Shown one piece after another: positions 34,621-44,849 of a stretch of 44,849 nt of DNA. The DNA lies in contig NMRA01000017.1 in assembly GCA_002633005.1 (NCBI GenBank), positions 1,398,071-1,442,919 on the forward strand, read 5' to 3'. Each line of letters begins with the position of its first letter. The stretch's first letter is position 1. The notes under the pieces were generated by a model. It searched no databases. It worked only from the letters and a program-made list of their open reading frames with translations, and had not been told where the DNA came from. The position numbers and the translations under genes are program-made. The DNA is from Phoronis australis (lineage: Eukaryota; Animalia; Phoronida).

Positions 34621-35616
34621 TTACAAAAGTTCATCCAAAAGAAGATATGGTTTGAGAAAGTCTGGTAAATTAGACTTTTTTATCTTATCCTCAAGATTAA
34701 TTCCTCCAATAACATCTCTGATGATGGTGCGACATTGCCTCTTTAATGGAGCTGGTTGAGAACACTCAGTGATGAACCAATCAATAAAGTCGTGGTCTCC
34801 AGCATATACTTCACGTACAGACTCTATACAGGCAGGGATATCATCATCCTTGTGAATATTGTACCCAGCTTGCAATAGCAGTTGGACAGTATCTTTGTCT
34901 CCAATAGTGATGACATAGTACATTGGTGTTTTCTTCCCCCATGTGTCCTTACTGGTTATGAGACATCCAGCTCGTATGACGAGACGAACAGAGTCCACCT
35001 TGTTGTTGCATGCAGCACAATGTAGCGCTGACCAGCCACTGGCACGGGAGATTGCTCTCACGTCAGCACCTAACTTGATTAACATGGGTGCCACCTGGCT
35101 GTGCACTAAGTAATTGAATACAGAAGCCAGGATACAAGAGCCATCAGAACCAACAAAATTAGGGTCAGCCCCATGATCCAACAACCAAGTGATGACATCC
35201 ATATCATGGCGGTCAAAGGCCACCAACAGCATAGGTACACTTGTATTGGGATTAGCACCAGCCTCTAGTAAACATTTGATGATTGCCTTCCATGTAGTTC
35301 TATCCTCATCACTGGGGAACAGGGGTAAACCCACAATGGCATCGAACAGCGGGCAAGTGGTTGCATTGAGGCTGAAATTTGGGTTGACATTACTAGCAAG
35401 GAGGTGGCGAACCTCACACAGATTCTGCTTATGACAAGCAACAAGCAGTGCTATTTCATCATCAGTGAACTGTGGATTTTCAGCCTTTATCTTTTGGTAC
35501 CACTCTTCAGTGTGTCGGTCAGGGCCCTCGTCATAGTCCGCTTCCCCATAGTCATCAGCAACCTGCAAGTCATCACCTTCTGCAGAGCTCACACTCTCCC
35601 AATCATTGTTTGACAT
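34621..35616 (-). CDS. Ankyrin repeat and SOCS box protein (ASB-like), 331 aa, single coding exon
   Basis: Acidic N-terminus; about 5-6 ankyrin repeats (LLEAGANPN, LLDHGADPN, LIKLGADV, GWSALHCAA, KTPMYY...LLLQAG); C-terminal SOCS box PAPLKRQCRTIIR...LPDFLKPYLL. A splice acceptor (ttgtag) 3 nt before the ATG implies an upstream non-coding exon. Confidence 0.92.
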   Translation of the reverse strand: MSNNDWESVSSAEGDDLQVADDYGEADYDEGPDRHTEEWYQKIKAENPQFTDDEIALLVACHKQNLCEVRHLLASNVNPNFSLNATTCPLFDAIVGLPLFPSDEDRTTWKAIIKCLLEAGANPNTSVPMLLVAFDRHDMDVITWLLDHGADPNFVGSDGSCILASVFNYLVHSQVAPMLIKLGADVRAISRASGWSALHCAACNNKVDSVRLVIRAGCLITSKDTWGKKTPMYYVITIGDKDTVQLLLQAGYNIHKDDDIPACIESVREVYAGDHDFIDWFITECSQPAPLKRQCRTIIRDVIGGINLEDKIKKSNLPDFLKPYLLLDELL

Positions 35617-36049
35617 TGTCTACAAGCACAATAGGTATGATACTCATGAGAAACCAACAGATATGGGGTGGTGTATATCAATTGTGATGTGAATTTTGGA
35701 CAAAATTTGATTACATCAAAATTTTGAAATGACCCATGTGCACAACAAAATCTGCCCAGGGGAGAGGCTCAGCCAGAGTTTAAAACAATAAAACATTTCA
35801 TCACAGACATCAGTAGTAACAGATAACTTTTAACAGACCTGTCAGTGCCCAATGCTTTACCTGTACTGACTCAACAAAGCTTTTAATACTCTCTCTCTCT
35901 CAGAAATACTTTACCCATATTTGGCCAGACACCTTTGTATTGTATTGTATTGATTACCAGCACAACAAATTTTCATTAGAGTTCATAAGCACAATTCAAA
36001 CTAATGCCTGTAATTCAGAAGAAGAGGGCATCCCGGATCTTCGTTGCAT

Positions 36050-36830
36050 TGGCACATTTGTAGTCCAGCACTAAATGACGTCATTGACGTCCCTGAAATA
36101 ACCTTTACTTACTAGCGCGGCATCACAGGCAGACAAGCCTACTGAATACTAAAATGCGTCAACCAATATGAAAAAGTACATCAAATATGATACAACGCCT
36201 CCGTTGCTGCTCTACTCACATTTTTTTCAGAAAACAACCGGCTTAATTGAAAAGCTTCCCACCGTAGATTTACAACGCCCACAACTGCTCGCTTTACACG
36301 CACAATAGCCAAGCCGATAAAAACATGCGGGTACTTCTTCAGTAAGGCCAGGGCCTCGTTTGTCGGAATCAAGGGAGAGTTAGCGTTTGTCGGAGTCCAT
36401 TTTGATTTTTAAATGACGTTAGTTTCAACGGAACTTGCAGTATCGAAGCACATTCGGCATGACAAATTTGACCTTGACAAGTGCTGCCGCCTCTGAGCCT
36501 TGGCCCACCGATTCACGATTCGCCGTGATAACTCACTCAACAAATCGGTTTACAAGACTTCAGTCTACACTGACGCATTGCTGTTCCACCGCGAGATTCG
36601 CCTCCCGAATGTCCTTATCACTTGCAGAGTTTAGTCTGCCGAAAAATCTGGGCTAGACCCGATAGCAAAACAATCGCAAATGCGCATAACTGTTTGCAAA
36701 TCTGTCACAAGATGTCGCGCCTGTCACTTCTACTTCCGGGTGTTAAGTTATTGACTTTTGAACTGTCCGAGTCAACCGTTTTACTAGCCGTGCATCACCA
36801 GATCGCGATGGTGCGCCTGTGTTTTTTGCC
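36050..36830. promoter_or_regulatory. Candidate CpG-rich bidirectional promoter
   Basis: Lies between two divergent genes that each need an upstream 5' exon. Locally CpG-rich, with TGACGTCA (36076-36083), CCATTTTG (YY1-like, 36397-36404) and ACTTCCGG (ETS, 36732-36739). Confidence 0.5.
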
Positions 36831-38138
36831 TGTGTTTTTTAGATTGAACTGTTTATCATACAATCATTAATCCTGCAATGTAGCTTGTCGTCAAAAGAAT
36901 TGCTCACCAATGCCAGTCTGCGCAGTGTCTTCAAACTTCACTCACTAGTCACTGACTCAGTTCAATAGACAGTGACCACCGTCTTTACTCACTGGTCTAC
37001 CAGTAGCAAGCAAGCAGGCTAGAGGCGGTGGTCACTACCTGTCAATTTATTTCTGGTTAATTACTATTTTCTAGTTATTGTAAACAAATTTGGAAGTTAA
37101 TTTAATGCCCTATGTTCCATCAATTAATTATGCATGCGTCACTCTGGAAGTAACCCAAACATTTGTGTGATGATTCATTGTGGACATCTTTTGTCGATTG
37201 TATTTACTGTTTTCCAATGTCTAAATATTTGCTTCTGACGAGTATTCTTGGACAATCCCAGATGATAATAGAACTCATTTGATTGGTATTTACCCAGTGA
37301 GTGTTTGATATGTAGTGAACGGTAAGTGGCTGGAGCTGGCAACCACAAAAACATGATTGTGTACATGTTAAAGCTGCATGTGCTGGTGGCAGGCCCGGCT
37401 TTGGACACTGTTGTGACTGTTCAAAAGTACTCTTATCAGTGGGGACAGCTTGGTACAGATAAAGGTAATAGTAACGGTATGGCATCCAGTCTTCTTCATA
37501 ACATGATAAGCAGGTATACCAGCCTTCATGGATTTATGATCTTGCCGTAATCAGTTGGCAGGTAACTCTAGATGTGGCATAAACGGGTAACTCGGCATTC
37601 TTGACCCAAATCAGCCAACTCGGACAAATCTTGTTATCCACTAGGAATCTGTGAAATAGAACTGTTTGAGAGCTGATCTATGCACCCATTACTGTATGCA
37701 AAAACTTCTAGGCATACTGAACAAGATTCTGAGAAAGACAAATTATGGTCTACCCTGTTACAAGCTGACATACACATCCGATGTCAAACAGTCCAAAGTG
37801 CAAAGCTGGTGGTAATGATTTGGGCTAGGAACGCGACTTTTGGAGCGACATATGCATACTTAATTAGAGCCCTGGGAATTTAATTAACCTGAATAACAAC
37901 AAAGATGTAATTTAACCAAACATGACACAAAATATGATTGCCTTCTTTTTGAAATCGCTGATAACTGAGAGAAATGGTGACTGAAATGAGTTAACTAACT
38001 CATCTATAACTACCCATGTCATTTTATCTTCCTGGTCAAACTTACTATATTGATATAATATCCGTCTTTGTATTGTTCCAGGTGTACAATTAGTTGAATT
38101 GGCTGAAGATCTTGACCAATGTTGGTGTCCAAAGCACC

Positions 38139-38289
38139 ATGCCTCGTTCAAAGGCTGTTCCCTCTCTCAGAGGAGTATGCCTGACGTTGATTGCACAGGA
38201 GTTTGAGTACTGGGCTAAGGACTATGTAGAGGACTACTTCAAGAAAGGGGAGGTGCCACTTTACATTGTGGGACCCTTTGATGAATGGA
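38139..38289 (+). CDS. First coding exon of a BC-box/Cul2-box (VHL-box-like) protein, probably LRR-containing
   Basis: Acceptor ttgttccag at 38081; accATG at 38139; MPRSKAVPSLRGVCLTLIAQ contains an S-L-x3-C-x3-I BC box; donor GTGAGT at 38290 (phase 1). Confidence 0.75.
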
Positions 38290-40224
38290 GTGAGTGATGT
38301 TCTTGAATTTGTGGTTTGATAGAAATGACCCACCGAGACAAAAACAATTCTAAACATTTATCATCAGTGTTTAATGTGACTGAGTGAAGAAAATTCAAAT
38401 AACCGGACTGAAAAATACTGTGGCCAAACAACTTTCAATCAGAAGTTGCGCATGGGAGGGCGTGATCTCTGCCAATAATGTTTTAGACTTTGGCCATTTG
38501 ATTGAGAGATTTGTCTTACAGTTTTTGGTCCTAGCCTCACGTTTTGATCTGCGTCTGTCATGTACAGTGGACATAGTCCCTAGTCATAAGAATTAGGAGT
38601 CTAGGCAATGTATTTATGAATGCATACAAAGTGTTTTTTCCACCTTGTCTAAAAATCATAAATTAACTCTTTCACTGCCTAATGTAAAGATTACTTGCCC
38701 ATTCTTGACCTAGTTTTTTTCTAAATTTTATGGAAAATAACTACTACTATAATTATCAGATGACATGCGAGAATTTTTGTCGATCATTTATCTGTGGAAT
38801 TGTGATCACACGCAATGGCTTTTAAACTGTGCATCATTAAGGTTTAACTGACGTAAATTCAAAATGATTTTGATTCAGCGTTCGAGTTTCAAATGTCATA
38901 TGTTTGCCGAGATGTGTACCGGCACCATTGGGTTATGTATTTCAACTAAAACCTTCAATGTTTTTTATCTGCAATCTTGAACATTCACCAGACAAATTTT
39001 AAATTATAAAACGAATGTACATCTTACTCTGAAAGTTTCCCGACAAGTCACCAACAAATAACAATTTCAGAGCATGTTTTGTGATAGCATACAATTTTCT
39101 ACATATCCTCAAAATTGAAATGTAGTTCGAAAAATTGTCAGTGAAAGAGTTACAAAGAACTAAATCTAGTTGTCCCCCTTATTTTTTATTTGGCATTTTT
39201 TTCACTATCCAAGATGCCATGTAAACTAAGTTTTCAATTGTTCTATTTTGGGTCATCCATGGGACACCAGTTATGTTTCTTGTATGGGAATGTCTCAGTC
39301 TGACGTAGACTATTTGACCTATATACTTGCTTGTGCCTGTAGTTACTACCATTCTACAGAATATTGTGTGCATTATAAGTAGGGATTCTTTTGATTTCTC
39401 TGTGTTCAAAAGTCCCTGTTATCACTGAGCACTCCGTCTTTTCATTCAATTTCTCCTAGAATTCCTTTATTCTTTTATCTCTCAATTCACAATATATGTT
39501 CCAGTCAGGCCACACAGTGTTGGTAAACCTCTGAAAATGTTTCACACTGTCTTTTCTTTAAAGATGTATTTGCATGCTCCTAACTTTGCTAATGTATAGC
39601 AGGAACTAAACGACAATGCTATTTGAACATCATATATGCTAAACAAAGTGCAGTTGTATTCATTGACAACTTATCAATGTGAAAACAAAAATTCTGCAAA
39701 TAGGTGACCTTTGTACTAATGACGTTCCTTGGGGCTCACATAACCAGTGCATTATGCATTGTTATTCCCCAACACCACTACACAATACTGGGCATGATTG
39801 ACTGATTTACGGTGGGTCATTTTCAACTCAAAACTCGTTCTTAAAAATGTTTGGCACTTTTCAACATACTTCATATTCACATTGTCGCTATATATTGTGT
39901 TTGTAACTAATTTGACCAAGCAATCACAGAAATAAGGAATTAGCATGCAAGTTCCACTTTAAATCTCTAACAGGTGAATAATGAATGCTATATTGCCGTA
40001 TTAAAAACCAAAACAAAAGGTTCCACTCCAAAACATGAACCAAATGATGATATTCAAAGATTTGTGATTCTGTGTGAGGGTTTAAGTACAAATGTCACTG
40101 TAAGGCAGTATTTGTTGTTTATGCTTACAAGAAAATAGAAAATAAATGAACAATGTTAGTTGGTTTATGCCAGTTTTTACAGTTGGTGAGTTTGTCTTAA
40201 TATTCGTTACTGATATACTTTTAG

Positions 40225-40391
40225 CTACTGAATTGACTCAAGAATTACTGGACACGCTTATTTGCAATAAAGTTGCTCGTAGTTACCAGCTCCATCTATT
40301 GATCCATTCTCGCATTGAGAGTCTTGACCTTTCTAATTGGTCACAGCACGTTAAAGACGATGTCGCCAGTATAATTGCATCAAGATGTTTT
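40225..40391 (+). CDS. Second coding exon of the same gene
   Basis: Branch-like tactgat plus acceptor cttttag; phase 1 matches exon 1 (A|CT = Thr). Encodes TELTQELLDTL...LHLLIHSRIESLDLSNW...VASIIASRCF (LRR-like IxxLDLS); donor GTAAGT. The gene presumably continues further right. Confidence 0.75.
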
Positions 40392-41038
40392 GTAAGTTCA
40401 TACTGCATCTTCTCATATATGTTGAACTGCTTAGCTTTAATTGGTGTTTAGAAACAATCATGGGTACTTGAACCAAATTATCTGTGTCTCACTAAATCTT
40501 TGCATGTTCAAATTAAGCTATAATTTCATTCAGATGATGTGCTCTCATTCATCCAGATGAAGTTCCTATGAATTATAAATCAAAACTTCTCTGTGAAATT
40601 TTCTCCTGACATGATTTGCAGACTGAGGTGCCTGACTTCTTCTAGTGTGGAAAGATGTTGCGTTGCCCTTTGTTGTTGTCAACAGAGGTTAATGCAATTT
40701 TCGAGGTCGCCTGTCTGCCATCTTGACTCTGAAGAAGGAGTTAGGCGGCTCCAGAATGGGAGAAAATTACTACACAACTTTTTTCAGAAGTTTTTATTTA
40801 TTTTGTGGATCTACACTTTCAATCAGACATACATGTATGTTTCACTTCATTAAGTAACGCTACCAAGTAACACACTTTTAAAAATTTCAAATCTATTTAC
40901 TACCGTTTCGCAGCTGTTTGACACATTACAATGTGTTTGTCACTTTTCAATGTCCACTCTGCATTACCAATCAAGTAGTATGTAGCCAAATGGTTTTGAC
41001 AATCCATTAGTTTGTTTGACGACTGTGAGATTGAATTA

Positions 41039-41607
41039 GGGCTGTTCCAGCAAAATCTGTGTGGGAGGGGGGGGGAAGGCAACTGAAATAAAAATTTATG
41101 GGTGGTTGCGTTTGATTTAAATTCAAAATGGCTGGTGGTCGTACTTCAAAAAAATAAAAATTTACAGGTCGTTGTTGTTTCATTGGGCCATAAATGTTTG
41201 ATAGTGGGTAATTTTAGTAAATTTTATAAACAATCCGCACAGAATCAAAAACTGAAACAAAAATGCAACTTGCAAAAAGCTCCGACTTTTTCACTCCCTC
41301 CATCTCCTCATCAGCATGCAAATAACACCATTTAACCACAGGTGCTCGAATTTCTCTATGGCTACTAACCATATATAAGAAACATATGTTTTCTTAGTAA
41401 TGAATGACGTTAGTGATGATGGAGGAACAGATAAACTCAAGCGCCTGTGCAGTCAACCACAAGAACAAAAAAAAAAACGGGTGGTTGCATTTCAAACTTA
41501 TAAAAAATTACGGGTGGTAGGCTGACGAAATAAATGAAAAATATGGGTGGTGGGTGCGAAAAAAGGGTGCCTTCCCCCCTCCCATACAGATTTTACTGGA
41601 ACAGCCC
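41039..41607. mobile_element. PIF/Harbinger-type MITE, copy 1
   Basis: TIR gggctgttccag.aaaatctgt.tgggagggggg...aaggca; TSD TTA (41036-41038, 41608-41610). Confidence 0.8.
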
Positions 41608-41836
41608 TTAGTAGTGCTGAACAGTACCTAAGTATTTTGACTAAAAGGATAACAGACGTGTTTGTAACATCTTGCAGGTGTCCTATGCTTATTTGTGTGG
41701 TTACCTTCACCAGAGTTCAATTTTGGACACCGTTTTGTGATAATGATGACGGTTATGTCATGGCCATGGTTTCGTGACAATGGTCACGATTTTGTGAAAA
41801 TGGATACAATTTTATATGATGAGCACAATGTCCTCA

Positions 41837-43576
41837 GGGCTGTTCCAGCAAAAAATGTATGGGAGAGGGGAAGGCACTTTTATTACGTACCCATCGCCCA
41901 TATTTTTCATTTATTTCTCCAACCCACGACCCATCATTTTTAATTAGGTTAAAATATAAAATCCGACACTTGCAAGCAAATTGCCTCCAGGATGACCTGT
42001 TAAGAAGTTAGATGATCCGCAGACAAGAACTAGTTGTTTTGTCCAATATTGTCAAAATCTAAAGTAGCCAAGAGGGTGGTCGAATCAAAACGAAAACGAC
42101 TTCAGTCAACGCATCCATCCCTGCTATGTATTTTTGTGCCAAATTTCATTGAGTTGTGCCTAGCACTTTGTGAGATAATCAACCTGTGTTGTCAAAAACT
42201 AAAATGCCTCACAGGGGGTGCTACAGTAGCCAAATCTGTCCAAAAATCAACTGGTGCCAGCACATACCAGCCATCTATTTCTATGCCAAATATCATCAAG
42301 ATCCGCCAAGCGGTTTCAAAGTAACTGGTGGTGCTGGTGCATCCACGCCGATTACCTCTACACCAAATTTGATCCTGATCTGCTAAGCGGACAAAAAATG
42401 ATAATGAAAGACGGACCCATAATGTTTAATTAGGTTGAAATGTAAAACGCAATTTTTGAGGTAATCAACCTGTCTTGTCAAAAACTAAAGTGGCCAACAG
42501 GGGGTGCTATGGTAGCCAAATCTGTCCAAAAATTGATTGGCGCTGGTTCATGCCAGCTCTATATGCCAAATGTCAACGTGATCTGTTAAGCAGTTTCAAG
42601 ATAATCGACGGTCAAGCAATGACTTAAGCCGTTGAAAACTAATGGTGTGCCACAGTAGTTGAATCCAGCGTCCAAAAGTTGACTGGTGCCGGCACATTCT
42701 TGCGATATCCTTCTGTTTCGAATTTCATCGTGATCAGTGAAGCAGTTTTTGAGATAATCAACATACAAGGAATGACTTGTCGAAAACTAAAGCGGCCAAC
42801 ATGGGGTACCAAGGTTGCCAAAGCTGCCCAGAAATCGACTGGTGCAGGTGCATCCTTGCCAAATACCTGTGTACCAAATTTCATCATGATCTGCCAAGCG
42901 GTTCTTGAGATAATTAATGGACAAGAAATGATAATGACAGACAGAGTACAAAGTTTTTGTGGGTGCAGAAAAATTCCATGAGATCACAACTCATATCAGT
43001 TACCAGAAACTTGCTTTCAAAGACCTGTGAGCAATACTTTTGGCAGCCACCAAGTGTTGCTGTTCACCACGTGTCTCTGTAATTTCAATAAGATTTTTTC
43101 AATTTTGTGGATCTATGAATCTCAAACTGTCTCCACGAACACTTTTAGGCTGCTATGTCAATTGAATATTGGAACTAGTTTATCTGACTTCTCATACTTT
43201 TTATTTAGAAATCATCAATTTTCTTATTTGTCTTCACGCCAGTTTAGTGTTGCAGAAATTTTCATTCTAATATGACTCCAGTACAACATGTGCTTGAATC
43301 AAGTTGCCCATGAATTGATTAATGGCCTATAGTGTACATAATTATTGCACTCAGTACACTTGCAACATGGGTTTGCTTTTTGTTTTGGAGTATGTTTGGG
43401 TATTTGCCAAACCTGTCAACATTTAGTGGTAAAAAAATACCATCCAGTTTTAATGCTCTACTTCTTACAAGAACGACTACCCATAATTTGAGTTATTTTC
43501 CGAAGACCACCACCCATGAATTTTAATTTCAACTGCTGTCCCCCCCCCTCCCGTACAGATTTTGCTGGAACAGCCC
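41837..43576. mobile_element. Same MITE family, copy 2 (opposite orientation), enlarged by nested sequence
   Basis: gggctgttccagcaaaa at 41837 and ttttgctggaacagccc ending 43576; TSD TCA on both sides. Confidence 0.75.
42020..42960 (+). repeat. Degenerate tandem array (~130-150-bp unit), Helentron/DINE-like non-autonomous element
   Basis: Recurring aaaactaaa...gggtgcta..gtagccaaatctgtccaaaa...ctggtgc...ccaaatttcat...gatctg..aagcggtt...gagataatc; ends near gacagacag. Confidence 0.6.
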
Positions 43577-43774
43577 TCAGTACATGGGGGAGACAAAATT
43601 GTTGAAACATTTCCCGATACCCTGCGGTTCATGGAACCAGAAACACAAGCCTTTATGGCCCTTGCTCTCTGCTGAAGGCAGTTCTCAAATTTTATTTGAT
43701 CTAACACTTACTAGTGGTGTGCTGATGTATGCTGTAAGATTGTTTAACGAAATTTAAAATCCCCTATGAGTTAA

Positions 43775-44395
43775 AGGCGAAGGCAACCTTTTTCCATGTC
43801 ATTTTGAGCTAAAATAAGGTTGATAGGTTGTCCTAGACATATTTTTCACTTAATTACAGCTTTTCGTAATTTTATTAATTACTCGTCCGCTATTCCGGAA
43901 GTGACGTTTTAGGAGGCAAGCGTTTCCCACCACTTGGTTTTGCATTGAGTTTCCTGTGCGAATCTGTTCTATTCTACTTCTGTTTTGTGCTATTTTTCAC
44001 CAATTGTCGCCACCACTTTCCATCGGCGAGTATTCTGCGGCAAGATAGGTTAGTAGAGAACTCAACTACGTTGGATTCAGGGATTGTTTAGTGTGTTGTA
44101 AGCTGAAAATGGCTGGAGTCGGTGACCCGTATCACAGTGACAGTAGTGTGAGTGATGGAGACCTTGTTCACAGCAGTGGTGACGAGGAATTTTTCACGGA
44201 CATTCAGTGGGTGGGTACATGTTTGAGCCCGAGTATAACGAGACAGAGTACGCACAGGCACAGGCAGCTGTTGAGAGAAACGAGGCGGCTACTGAGGACA
44301 GACGTGGTGACACATCTTGGTGCAAATGCACTGTGTGCGTTGTTATACCTACCTCAATGGAATGCTTGTGCTGTTCAGAGTTCGACGAGGCCAAG
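43775..44395 (-). mobile_element. Kolobok-like element copy 2 (KolX-side end, inverted relative to copy 1)
   Basis: TTAA (43771-43774) followed by AGGCGAAGGCAACC; high similarity to the reverse complement of 16014-15391. Confidence 0.9.
44109..44395 (+). pseudogene. KolX-like / P2X7-ballast-like gene fragment of copy 2
   Basis: MAGVGDPYHSDSS...EEFFTDIQ, then after a frameshift YMFEPEY...SWCKCTVCVVIPTSMECLCCSEFDEAK. Confidence 0.7.
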
Positions 44396-44849
44396 TAGTC
44401 GGTGGGCCAAATCTCATAGCGTTCACCCTTGTGAGTACTTTGGGGGGGCAACCTAGTTTTTTCTATGTGGCTAGATAATATAACTAAAAATCAAATTCCA
44501 AAAAGTTCCCACGTCTACACTTGCACATTTTTTTAAAAAAAGGTGTTTTTGTTGCACAAAATATGATGCATATTCCTGCCACTTGATGGCGCTTTTCTAG
44601 TGAATTGACCAATCAGAGAGCCAGATTGTATTGTTGTGCTTAGTTACTTCAATATGGCTGCTCCCATGGAATGTGATGTCTGTATAATTCAAGGTTTATC
44701 AAACAGCACAAAATTGTGATGTCAGAGCCTAAAGAAGCTTAGGAAAGCTTCCTGACGAAAGCTGATTGACTGTGGAACTCTGTAGATCAGTAGATCAAAA
44801 AGAAGAAGAGGTGTCACAAACGTTTGTGCAGAAAACAGCTGCATGCCCT
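44396..44849 (+). mobile_element. Left end of an Academ-like element inserted into Kolobok copy 2 (runs off the window)
   Basis: Begins TAG exactly where Kolobok similarity stops; 44691-44849 matches 29347-29503; 44493-44532 is inverted-similar to 31203-31240. Confidence 0.6.

Overview
Repeat-rich, intron-containing animal genomic DNA, probably from an invertebrate, with one assembly gap (~30035-30446). About half of the window is nested transposons. (1) An intact, apparently very young Mag-type Ty3/Gypsy LTR retrotransposon (18709-23028, minus strand) has identical 144-bp LTRs, an ACAGG TSD, a tRNA-Ser(GCT) PBS and a single 1308-aa ORF. It sits inside the tyrosine-recombinase gene of a decayed DIRS/Ngaro-type retroelement. 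(2) A second, older Mag-type element (24273-31443; 94-bp LTRs, GGTTC TSD) has lost most of pol and contains other elements. (3) There are two copies of a TTAA-specific Kolobok-like DNA transposon with ~158-bp TIRs. The first carries a THAP transposase remnant and a convergent Cys-rich gene resembling KolX and the P2X7 ballast domain; only the Cys-rich gene end of the second is visible. (4) Smaller items are Academ-like, Penelope-like, tRNA-derived SINE, Harbinger-type MITE and palindromic elements. Host genes are an ankyrin-repeat/SOCS-box gene with an intronless CDS (34621-35616, minus), arranged head-to-head with a spliced gene starting with an Elongin-BC/Cul2-box-like N-terminus (exons 38139-38289 and 40225-40391, plus), and one exon of a Ly6/three-finger-like gene near the left end (minus). 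All alignments and identities were judged by eye; no searches were run.
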